Source: Psammoneis japonica (Eukaryota). From it: a stretch of 64,000 bases of DNA. Made by a program: the position numbers and the translations under genes. The stretch spans positions 682,001-746,000 of the forward strand of contig QPGO01000009.1 in assembly GCA_008632985.1 (NCBI GenBank), given 5' to 3'. Below, in pieces: positions 23,298-33,952 of the stretch. Every line of letters begins with the position of its first letter. The stretch's first letter is position 1. Under the pieces are notes generated by a model, which worked only from the letters and a program-made list of their open reading frames with translations, made no database searches and had not been told where the DNA came from.

Positions 23298-24413
23298 TCA
23301 TCCGCTCGGAAAAATGTACTCAATCTTTGGTGATCCGCGCGCGAGTTCATCAACAGGTTCCCATCCTGAAATCGGTGGGAACGCAATGTTGCTACTGTAT
23401 GGAATTTTCCACAGAATTTTGATATCGGGTTCTCCATCCTCATTTTCCTGTTCGGCCTCTCCATCAATCACCCAGTCACCATTGAATTCCTTGCCAATAA
23501 AGACAGTGCGGCTGACATCATCACCATCCAAGATTCTTCTGTCGGATCGAAATTCTCCAGGATCAACCAGAACTCGGTGAAACACACCATCTGCTCCGCA
23601 TCCAGAGCCAGAGAGTCTTAATCCATCAACACCATGTAGCCTTGTGTGATAATCTTTGCAGCAGAGGACAAAGTATTCTGGAAACACTGCCAGAAAACAA
23701 AAAGAAGCACACGAACAGTTTAGGTAATATCAATAACATCTCGTAAAGGCAAACACAAAGTACATACTAGGATTCATAATCTCTTCATTGGACCAACGTT
23801 TGCCCGCCACTAATCCCGAAAGGAAACGCTTTTCCACAATAAGCGGCACCAGCTTCTTGATCTGGTCCGCCGAGAACATTATTCTTCCATAACGATCAAG
23901 GGAAGTCAGAGCATTGCGGAAGTAAGTTTCTCCATGCTCAATGGCGCCGTTGAGATTTGCGGCATTGGCCGCAAGAAACGCATCGATCAACAAGTCCAAG
24001 TCATGACTTGGCTTTTTTTCCAACCGAAATAAGTTGCCACAATTCTGCTCAAACAGCTCCGTTATCACTTCATCACACATCTTGAGTCCTTGCTCAAAAC
24101 TGTACTTGTCGTAGACTGGCGCTAGTTCAACGGCGTTTTCAATCGAAAGGTGTCGAGCTTCTACTGGATAGAGCACTTTCATCATGAGTTCCCAAATTTC
24201 GGGAGTCAGATCCGGAAAGGTCAGCTGGCGTGACTGACTTTCCTTCATGGGAGTGGCAAGCATAGTGTCAATATAACTGGAGTGAGTTGCCAGCACTTGC
24301 GAATGATAGCGATACTCCTTGACATTGTCACCAGCGCCAACCGTGACGGACAAATCGGGCTCTGATGATCGCAGCCTCTTTGGCTCTGGTTCTTCTTCGT
24401 TTTCAGCAGACAT
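23298..24413 (-). CDS. BTB/POZ-domain protein, 2 exons (intron about 23690-23763)
   Basis: PDLSVTVG...YHSQVLATHSSYIDTML..PMKES BTB motif; second exon 23298..23687 ends with PP.SGW. Confidence 0.8.
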
Positions 24414-25107
24414 CTCGAGGTTCCTTCAATGCTACAAAATATGAATTTGATAATACTCCGTGGACTAGAGTAACGCCAGCAGTAGCAAGTAGTCTTCCTC
24501 TCCAGCAACAAGCGACAAAACGTGTTGCATGCGTTCATGATCCATGATCATACCAGCCATAGCCATACCAGCCATGGCGCATAGCGCATGGCTTACGCGT
24601 CGAAGAGAAGCACAAAAGCCAAACACCGATCGTGACATCATGACGCACGTCGGCGTTGCCGCTACGTAGTGGACGAATACGAGTGGATCTCGTGGTTGGA
24701 CAAAAATTACTTGTTATTGTATTTCAAATGAAATTATAATAACAAATATGACATCAGCAACACCTTTGATAAGAATAAAAATGCGCGCGCCGCCGATCAA
24801 TCTCGCATGTTGAATGTCGCACCCAAAGTCCCAGAAGTTTCGGTGTTGTTGTTTTGTTCTGTGAATTCTGTGAAGCAGCAAGTGTGTTTTTCTAGCAAGC
24901 CCAAGCTTATCCAACTTGTTGGGGTCTATCCATAACGACTTCCTTAGTGTGGATAAGTTTGATTATCGAAAAAAGGCCGTAACTTTCGTGAGAATTTCTC
25001 TCCGATTGATTCTTGACGCTTTGGCGTGTCAGAACAAGAACAAATTGACGAAAATACCTGATTCATTCATTCGTATTCCATAAATTCTCGCCTTTTCTCG
25101 GAAAGTC

Positions 25108-27282
25108 ATGAGAGCAGCCATGGATATGTCTATTAGTGGCGATGCTGCAGCATCAGAGGAGCCTACGGCCGACGTGTTTCCCGATGAAGTGGAATTATCC
25201 GTGCCGGGTACGTTTGTCGTGTTTCAAGGAATTCCCGGAGACGGCATGTCCAATACCATTGATACAGCTCCCTTTTTAATGGAAGACTATGATCACTTGA
25301 TTGAAATGGAACAGCAAAATCAAGACGAAGATTCTTCTGGGTATCTCGTGGGTGCGTCTCACCATAGTACAGATCACGACGTGATTTCCTATGACGATTC
25401 GTCCTCGTCGGGAGAAGGACAACAACAACAGCAACAACGGCCGGCAGCAGCAACTACGACCATGACGGCACAAGCATCTCCCATGATGATGGGTGCGTAC
25501 AATAGTCTGTTACATACCAATCCTGGTAGTCCCGTACGAGGCGGTACCGCGGCTGCTGCTGCTGCGGCAAGTACAGCCATGGCTCCACTCGCCCTGACGG
25601 CTGCTGCTGCTGCTACTGCACCGCCCCCAGCAACGACAACACGCGTGGATTCTTCTTTTGTGGTTGTTACCGATGAGGATGAAAGCCAGCGAAGAGAGAG
25701 TGGCCTATCTCGTGTTCAATGGGACGCAATAGGGCATTGGGAAACGGAATGCCGGAATCGCGAAGTACGGGAACGAAAAGACTGGATGTCGTTGCAGACA
25801 GAAACGGAGAAGACATTATGTGGTGGCAATCGCAAGGTAGGTTAGCCGTCTTACAGACCTTACCTGTACTCGAAGAGGAAAATAGAGTTCAATGCGAGGT
25901 TTGTGGAAGTTTGGCACCCGGCTCGACCGTAGTGGGAGACCAGCTCATTACACTCGATAGTACAACCTTTGAAGAGATCAAGGATTCCACAAGACGGAAA
26001 AAGAAACAAAGCCATAAACACCCGCGTCTCTATCCTCGAGGCAAGAAGGGCGTGATTCAAATGCTACGAATCGAATCACCCATGATTGGATTTGTCGTTT
26101 TGAGTTTGGACGGGTACGCCTTTTTGGGCCCGGGCTTGCCTTCGATTTATGCGAGTTGGCACTCGTGGATGTGGCGTGTCACGTGTCCCGACGGAGCTTT
26201 TGTTCGTGACGGACTCGAGCTCACTAGCACTCATGTGGAAACGCTACCGTATGGATCCTTTCTTCGAATAAGCCGCAAGACGGTCAATTCCATGGGACTG
26301 TCGCGACTACGAGTTCATGCCACGGTGACGGACAATCGTGACGACGGTAGCACGGCTGCAGTAAGCCATGCCGTGGAGGGATGGATATCCGAAGAACTCA
26401 ATCCGCTTTCTGGACAACGAGGTTACATTGTTCAACCACTTCCGTTTCCCGTCCCCGTCTTGTATCGTGTACGACTGGCGGCTGGAGCGGTGATTCGCAG
26501 TGACGTCGAGTTGTCCTCTCCCGAAATTGGCCAAGCTCCGTTTGGCGCAATCTTGACCATTGTGGGTCGCGCCTTTTCACAGCATCCCATGGATCAGTGC
26601 ATTGAACGCTTTCAATTGGCGGGTTGTGGTGGATGGGTGAGTGTGCGACTCAACCGAGCCCCACCCAATAATGAATTGGTATTGGAAATGGTGGGTGTCG
26701 ATGGCAGTTTTGATCCCGAGTCGCCGGGAGTCTTTCATTTGAACGCACATGACAAGGTCAAGGCAGAACAACAACAAGATGCATCACCGGACAGTGTAGC
26801 TGCCATAAGCCCAAGAGATGTCTATCGCCGCGTCAGTTCCACGGGAGAACTCTCATCGATTAACGAAGAAACATCCTCTAGTTCGTCCTCCTCCTTGTCT
26901 CCCTTGGAATCCACAACATCCAATGCCGTCCCAACCCTCTATCGCCGTGGTGTGGGAGGCGGATCACGATCGAGTTCCTTGAATAAAATGGCAAGAAGAG
27001 ACCAAGACGAGCACTGTCTCATTTGCTTGACCGAAGACCGAAACTCCACCATTGTACACGGAGAGACGGGGCACATTGCGTGCTGTCTCAAGTGTGCGCG
27101 TATTTTGAAAGCACGAGGCGATAAGGTGTGTATATGAAAACATCTCTGTTGTTTGGGAGCAGTGTTGTGTTGTGTGGAAGGTAACTCATCTTCTGTTGCT
27201 CTTTCTCGTTGTTCTCTCGACATTGCAGTGCCCCGTATGCCGATTAAAAATTGATTCGGTGATTCAACACTTTTGGGCATAA
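25108..27282 (+). CDS. RING E3 ligase-like protein with SH3-like repeats and a C-terminal MDM2-type RING
   Basis: ORFs 25108..25845 and 25719..27137 (frameshift), intron 27126-27228, last exon CPVCRLKIDSVIQHFWA*; RING CLIC..IVHGETGHIACCLKCA..CPVCR. Confidence 0.8.
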
Positions 27283-27453
27283 CGAAACGATTGTACATAC
27301 AAATTAGGAAAATACATTTATGGAGAAGACTGTGGCTTCTCCGAGGACCATAAAATAAGAAATTGCTTTAGCTAGAGAGTATCGGTTACACACCACACTA
27401 CCGACTCGCTTTGTACTGTCTATCCGCAGGGCTTTTGCAATCTTTCATTAGAA

Positions 27454-28259
27454 TCATGCACTGATTGCATTATGACGTCTACGAAAGTTAGAGTGATCAT
27501 CATGCTGAGGAATAAGTGGCATGTACTCATCAATGTAGCCCGGCGAGCACGGCGCTTGCAATGATTCGCTCTTTTCTTGTTGCATCGCTTGTTCAAAAGC
27601 TTCTTCTCCCGCACTCAGCATGGCTACAATTTTATCCTTGTCCTTGCAATTGACATGCTTGATTAGTTTTAATGGCGTGCTTCCCTTTTCCGTGTGCTTG
27701 GTAACCGACTTGGGATAGGCCTCGACCAACATTTTGATCACGTCGTAGGATGCTCCGTAAAAGCACGCGACATGCAGCGGTGTCCAGCCATGCAAATCGC
27801 GTACGGCCGCTCCATGCTTGTACGCACCCAACAAGGACTCAATGACTGCGGCGATGCCCCGTTCGAACAGGCATAATGCAGTGGAACGCGATCGAGTAAA
27901 TCCCGTTCCATGGCAGAATCGCAATCATAGGAAAGCAAGAGTTGAATGTCATCGAGCGAATCGGAAAATTGAAGCGCAATGTGAATTGGAAGTCGCTTAA
28001 AGGAACTCTCCTTGCACCGGACACCATGCGGATAGGCTTGTATAATGGCGTCGAGTGCTTTTAGGGGAGGACGGAGAGAAACGGCTTGATGAAGGGGTAA
28101 CACTTGAGAATCGTGCTCGCCGTCAAAAAAGCCCTTGCGGGTCGACCACGCTTTCGCTTCGTGTGGATGAGCACCACAAATCGCAATCACAGCATTCCAG
28201 TCTTCGGCGAGAATGCTCTTGGTGAGTTCGTTGGGACCAAAGATATTCAAAAAGTGCAT
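27454..28259 (-). CDS. Short ankyrin-repeat protein, frameshift near 27850
   Basis: LPLHQA, LPIHIAL, VPLHYAC and TPLHVAC motifs with intact AYP linkers in ORFs 27738..28259 and 27454..27924. Confidence 0.8.
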
Positions 28260-28520
28260 TTGTTATTGTTGTTGACGAGTAGTTTGTAGTTGTCGTAGTT
28301 ACAGTGTAGTTCTCTGTCTTTGGTATCGTGTTGTGACACAAACGAGAACGATTGATGGGTTCGGCGAAAGAACGCGAAGCGGTCGTGTCACAGTGACGTC
28401 CATCTCCGTGCCTCCAGTATTGCTTCTACAGTACAGTTTATGAATACTTGAGTCGTGTGCCGGGATCGCCGCCGCGCGAATCGAAATTCCTTTTTTTGCG
28501 GTTGGGTGGCGCCGAACAGG

Positions 28521-28899
28521 TGCACTGTGCTCGAAGAACGAGTGTAAACGAAAGTAGAACGAAGTTCAAAAAGTGAAAATTATGAGAATTATTTCTACGC
28601 AATCATTTTGGGTTTCTCCGAACGGGTTCTCAATAGCCTAAACCTTTTGTACTGCTCCTACAGACAAAAGGCCTTTCGGAGAATATGATCGTGACAACAG
28701 ATTGTCCAGATGCGATTGATGTTGACACATGAGATGTCAACATCATCGTACGATCGCATTTGCGATTCTTGACATCCGATCACTTCTGTGTGACCGATCT
28801 GTACTTCGTACGAACCCACGATTGACGTACGATTGAAATGTGCTTTTATTTAACACATGGGTGAACACACATGATGCACACATGACAACGCACATTGCA
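28521..28899 (-). repeat. 3' LTR
   Basis: Aligns without gaps to 33325-33703 and 63369-63747; adjacent to the PPT. Confidence 0.97.
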
Positions 28900-28925
28900 C
28901 TCGCCTCCCCAATTGCACATTAGAG

Positions 28926-30019
28926 TCAGTCGTTAAACGGCATTATCCAACGAACATTGACAGTGTCAATAACGTCACCACGTTTGATCTGTGCTGTGCC
29001 ATTGGCATGTGCCGTTGTCATTGCGTGCGGTCCAACACAGGGCTGTTCTAATTTTTGCGAGTCTTTCTCGAGCAGTGTCTTTTCTCCTGCTCTGTGCGTG
29101 TGAGGAGTGCGTCGAGCATTCTCTCGAGCGTCATTTTTATTTGTGATTTCTTGTTTTCGCTGCTGGGTTGATTTCCAGTCTGCGACATGTTGGACGTCAA
29201 ATGTCATGTCTCCATTGAAGACCAGTTGTCCTGGTGCAGCTTGCGCAGTGGCATGACACGCAGAACGCACCGCAAATGCTGCCGCTGATGGCATTCCAGC
29301 GAAAGGATCCTCAGCATCTAGAGGTGCATGTTGCAAATCAAATGTGCGGAGCATGTTCCCCAGTGCTTGATGTGTGCGTTCAATGGCTGCGTTTGCTTGT
29401 GGATTTTGTGTGGTTGTGGGCTTGACTTCAATGCCACAATCATCTTGCACCATTTCTCTAAATTGGTGTCCGACAAACTCACTTCCACGGTCACATGTAA
29501 TTAACGATGGCCAAGGACATCTGCCCAACCATGTTCGTTCTAGGGCCCCAGCAGTCCAGCTGCAGTTGTGGACTCCTCACTTGGGATTTCCACAACTTCA
29601 AACCATCCGGTTGCTGAATCGATCATTGTCAAACATTTCAGGACTGGGGGTTCTTTCTTTCCCTTACGACACATTTTGTATGGCCCAATGAGGTCCACAC
29701 ATGGTCGTTCCCATGGCGCGGATTCTGCGCACTTGGGAGGTAAATGTCCACATTTCTTGTGTTTCTTTTTGAATTTTTGGCACGTCTCACATCTCGACAC
29801 GTATTTTCACATGTCTTCACGCAAGGTGGACCACCACAGGTGTTGTGAGATTGTTTCTTCTGTTCGATTTATGCCAGGGTGAAGAAGGTGCGCATGATGC
29901 CAATCCATCACTGCCTTTTGTGACGTCCTCGGGACAACAATTTTGTCCTTGTGACATGTGAGCAACCGGTCTCGCTCGCCTCCACGAAAAGTCTTCGTGT
30001 GAAACGTCTCATTTGACAA
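28926..30019 (-). pseudogene. Gypsy integrase, frameshifted
   Basis: WHHAHLLHPG..CETCQ (HHCC), VDLIGP, DRGSEF and NPQANAAIER spread over three ORFs. Confidence 0.92.
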
Positions 30020-30034
30020 TTGGGAGAGAATGTC

Positions 30035-32137
30035 TTAGTCCCGTTTTTGTTCACAATCAAGAACTTTGTAATTTAATGGAAAGACATTGTCGTGGGATTT
30101 TGGTGGGACCTTTTCAGCTGGCTCTTCTGTGCTGAGGGTTTCCACAGGTTCTATTTTCTTCACAGCAAGTCGGCCAATCGCATCTGCGACAATGTTTGCC
30201 TTGCCCTCAAGGCACATTGTTTTGGGACTGTGTTCTTCTGTCATTAGACGCCAACGCATGACTCTGTCCGTTGTGAAATTTTTGTGTGTGAGATTTTTGT
30301 GATCCGCACACATGTTTGTCTGTTGGCCAAACAGCACATTGCGGAACTCTTTTAATGTCTCCACTGTGGACAACAGTTCTTTTTCCGTTGCAGTGTGATG
30401 CGTCTGCGCTCCATTCAGCTTGCGGCTGTAGAAGGCAATTGGTCGGTTTTTCTGAGCAATGACCGCCCCCAATTGAGAATTGCTGGCATCGGCACATGTC
30501 TCAAAGGGTGTGTTAAAATTCGGGCATGACAACAGCATGTCTTTGGAGATGATGCGCTTCACATTTTCGAAGGCTTTTTGTTCTGTTTCGGTCCATTGCC
30601 ACTTTGCTTGGGCAGAAGTGAGTTTGGCTAAAGGAGCTAAAACATGAGATCGTCGAGGCCACATGTCTCGATGGCAGTTGATCATGCCGACAAAGCGTCG
30701 CAATTCCTTGCGAGTTTTAGGAGTTGCGATCGCGTGAATCGCTTCTACTTTTTTTGGAATCGGACTGATGCCCTTGCGGGTGACATGAAAGCCTGGATGG
30801 TCTGCTTCGGGTTTAGCGAAAAAGGACTTCTCGGCGTTGACCTTCAATCCGGCTTGTTCCAGGCGTAAGAACACCGTTTCAAGCTTCTTGAGGTGGTCTT
30901 GAAAATCACCTTTTGTGAGACACAATGTGTCGTCAATGTGAGTTCTGACGAACTCCAGACCTGCCATGAGCTCACTCATGTGCTCTTGGAAAACATCTGG
31001 AGCTCCACAGATTCCCATCGGGAGTCTACAGTGCTCATGTTTGCCCCAAGGCATGACGATCGTGCACAAGCGACGTGCGTGCGGCGTCAATTTGACATGA
31101 TGGCATCCCATGTTTAAATCTAGGGACGTTGCATGCATGAAGCCTTCGAGCTTCTGCAGCATGTCCTGAACATTGGGCAGAGGAAACGGAGTGCGAATCA
31201 ACCTCTTGTTTGGCTCACGAAAGTCGGACAAGAACCGAACTCTGCCATTTTTCTTGGGTTGAATGAAGGTTGGAGCCGCCCATTCAGAACAGTTTGTTTT
31301 TCTTGAGACTTTCAACTTGCACAGTCTTTCAACCTCCTTACGAGCAGTCGCCTCCAAGGCTTGTGGCGCGGGAAATGGTTTGGCATGGTGCGGACTCACG
31401 CCCGATTTCAACTTCAAATCCACCGGTTTCCCGGTCAATTTGCCCAGAGAACCATCGAAAAGGTTTTCAAATCTTTTTAAGAGGAAGTTCAGCTGCTTCT
31501 GCTCTTCAGGAGTTAGATGAGCAGCTGCTGCAGTCACATTGTTGAGGTTTGCAGCGTGACAGTCTGAGTCAAGGATCCGATTGACCCTGTCATTGAGACC
31601 AATCACTGCATGAGATTCCTCAATGTGATCGGCAATCAACTTAAAAACATCGGCATCGAAGAGTGCATCAACATTCTTCATGGGAGCAGCTGCATCTTCC
31701 CATTTAATCTCTTCATTCGAGAAGTCCAACATCATCCCAAGACTTGACATTAAGTCGCGTCCCATGATCACATCACAACGACTCGAAGAAGAAGGGGAGT
31801 TGTCAACATTTGCCGTTGTTTCGATCATCTTGTGTTTGTCAAATTCGGGCAAGGAGAATTGGATCTTACATCGACCATCAGTCGTAAAGAGCCCTCCTTT
31901 GGTTTCCCAGAGTTTGGTGGCGGATGCTTTGGTTCTGAGTTTCCGCATGAATTTGCGCAAAATTATAGTTGACGATGTTCCGCCATCGAGGAGAATGCGC
32001 AGAGGCTCATTTTTCGCTTTGCCCAATGAAGCATTGTACAGGCGACGACTGCTGGACCAGTGCGAATTACTTTGGCCCTTTTTCTGGGCTTCCCAATGTC
32101 CAGCAGAGCGCAAGACTCCTCTTGCGGTGCAAGTCAT
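30035..32137 (-). pseudogene. Gypsy pol (protease, RT, RNase H); catalytic YxDD mutated to HIDD
   Basis: LLDGG, WAAPTFIQPKKNG, LDLNMG, RLPMG, HIDD, DAS, EKELL and DHKNL motifs; only 3 Tyr in 700 aa. Confidence 0.95.
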
Positions 32138-33324
32138 TCCTCAGAGTCACTGCGCATCATTTTTTCAAACTGACAATTCTCCTCGTCAAGGGCATCAGAA
32201 TCACAATCTTTGTTCTTGTGCTTTTTGTCATTGTTCGAGGAACTCGCTTTGAGTGTTTTTTGAACTGCTTGGATCGCCATGGCATTCAACTCTTCTTTGC
32301 GAGCGGCGTTGTCGTTGTCGCGACGAGACCACGTGCGATTGCCATTTGAATGGCACCGTCTCGGGTCGGGTTCACAGTTCCCACGGCATTCTTTCACAAG
32401 TCTTTTGATCGACCAGCACTTGTCCGTGTTGTGAGTGGATTTCTCGCACAAAATGCACCACTTCTCGGACTGAGATTTTTCGGCACCATGTTGGTGACCA
32501 TTTTTGGAACCACGTTGGGAACCACTCTTGGCTTTTGATGCAGCACCACCACTGCCATCAGCCTTGGCATGAATGCCATCGAACATGTCTTCTGCGACCT
32601 CTGGGCGCTCCAAGAACTCAACCAACTCGTCACAGGTGTGTTTCAAAATTTCGAAACCCTGGACGGTCGACTGACGCTGCCACTTTCGAGGTGCAAGATT
32701 GAAGAGGATGTCCTTGAGCTCATCGTCCTCAATCTTCTGATCCTTCCCAAAGGGAGGATGGAACTTGAGGTCTTCGTTGACTTCCTGGACCCAAGCAGCA
32801 ATTTTGCGTACTTTCATGGACTCCGGCTTCTTGAGATCACGACGCAAATAACGTTTCTGCACCGAAAGTGCGCTCTTGGGAAACACATGCCTCGTGAGAT
32901 GTTGCAGGCATTTCTCGAAGCTTCCTTCTGCAGATTCGTCTTCAAGGTTCGCTGCCGCATTCTCGAAAGCACGTAGAGCGTCTCCTTGGAGTAACATGCG
33001 CATGAGACGAAACTTGTCAGATTGCTTCCTGACACTCTGGCCCACTGGAAGTTGATCGTAGCTCTTGAGAAATTCGATGAACTTGGGGACACCTTGTTTC
33101 TTGTAGCACTCGACATTGATGGTGCAGGTGCGGCTGTCCTTCTTCTCGGGATGAAAACGTTGCTCCATCTTGAGGTGCTGGCTCGGTTTGAGGCTCTTCG
33201 GCTCGGAGTTCGATTCCAGCGGTTGAGGAACGATTTTCTCCTGCCTTGACGAAGTTTTGGCGTTGGTTGCATGAGGTGAAAGCTTCATCTTGAACTTATT
33301 GCCTTCTGTGGTGTGCACACACAA
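32134..33324 (-). CDS. Gypsy gag with CCHC zinc knuckle
   Basis: QKRYLRR and CILCEKSTHNTDKC (CX2CX4HX4C); lies immediately inside the 5' LTR. Confidence 0.85.
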   Translation of the reverse strand: MCVHTTEGNKFKMKLSPHATNAKTSSRQEKIVPQPLESNSEPKSLKPSQHLKMEQRFHPEKKDSRTCTINVECYKKQGVPKFIEFLKSYDQLPVGQSVRKQSDKFRLMRMLLQGDALRAFENAAANLEDESAEGSFEKCLQHLTRHVFPKSALSVQKRYLRRDLKKPESMKVRKIAAWVQEVNEDLKFHPPFGKDQKIEDDELKDILFNLAPRKWQRQSTVQGFEILKHTCDELVEFLERPEVAEDMFDGIHAKADGSGGAASKAKSGSQRGSKNGHQHGAEKSQSEKWCILCEKSTHNTDKCWSIKRLVKECRGNCEPDPRRCHSNGNRTWSRRDNDNAARKEELNAMAIQAVQKTLKASSSNNDKKHKNKDCDSDALDEENCQFEKMMRSDSEE

Positions 33325-33703
33325 TGCACTATGCTCGAAGAACGAGTGTAAACGAAAGTAGAACGAAGTTCAAAAAGTGAAAATTATGAGAATTGTTTCT
33401 GCGCAATCATTTTGGGTTTCTCCGAACGGGTTCTCAATGGCCTAAACCTTTTGTGCTGCTCCTGCAGACAAAAGGCCTTTCGGAGAATATGATCGTGACA
33501 ACAGATTGTCCGGATACGATTGACATTGACACATGAGATGTCAACATCATCGTACGATCGCATTTGCGATTCTCGACATCCGATCACTTCTGTGTGACCG
33601 ATCTGTACTTCGTACGAACCCACGATTGACGTACGATTGAAATATACTTTTATTTAATGTATACATAAACATATATAATACGTACATAACAACGCACATT
33701 GCA
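33325..33703 (-). repeat. 5' LTR
   Basis: Direct repeat of 28521-28899, followed by the TSD. Confidence 0.97.
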
Positions 33704-33952
33704 CAGGACGGCATAACTGAGAGCAAAGCACCGTAGACTGTGGGCTTCAATCCCCGTTCTTGAGACAGTTTTCATCATTGTCGTGGCTGTGACTTTCACT
33801 CCCTTCATTGTTTTTCGTTCCTCCGTTTTCGTCTGGTGTCGTTCACTTCCCTCCTTTTCCTTTTCTTGCAGAGAGGGCAATCTCTCTGGCGGGGCTCTGC
33901 TCTGGCTCTAGAGAGCCAGCCAGTCTGACACTCCCACCCAACATCCAAGCTG

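Larger units (their letters stand above)
28521..33703 (-). mobile_element. Full-length Ty3/Gypsy LTR retrotransposon, inactivated
   Basis: Two 379-bp LTRs with TG...CA ends; 4-bp TSD CAGG at 28517-28520 and 33704-33707; polypurine tract (ctcgcctcccc on +, 28900-28910); domain order gag-PR-RT-RH-IN. Confidence 0.97.

Noticed and set aside
28507..28520. tggcgccgaacagg resembles a retroviral tRNA-Lys primer-binding site
   Set aside because: It lies outside the element at its 3' end, is one base short of the motif and overlaps the TSD; probably chance.
28926..32137. Explaining the TG/CA excess by CpG methylation or classical RIP alone
   Set aside because: Many CpG persist in the element, ancestral Tyr codons require TA, and RIP would increase rather than remove TA.
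30035..32137. Alternative genetic code or RNA editing restoring Tyr
   Set aside because: Neighbouring host genes use Tyr normally, and the changes are copy-specific and also affect non-coding LTR and TSD sequence.
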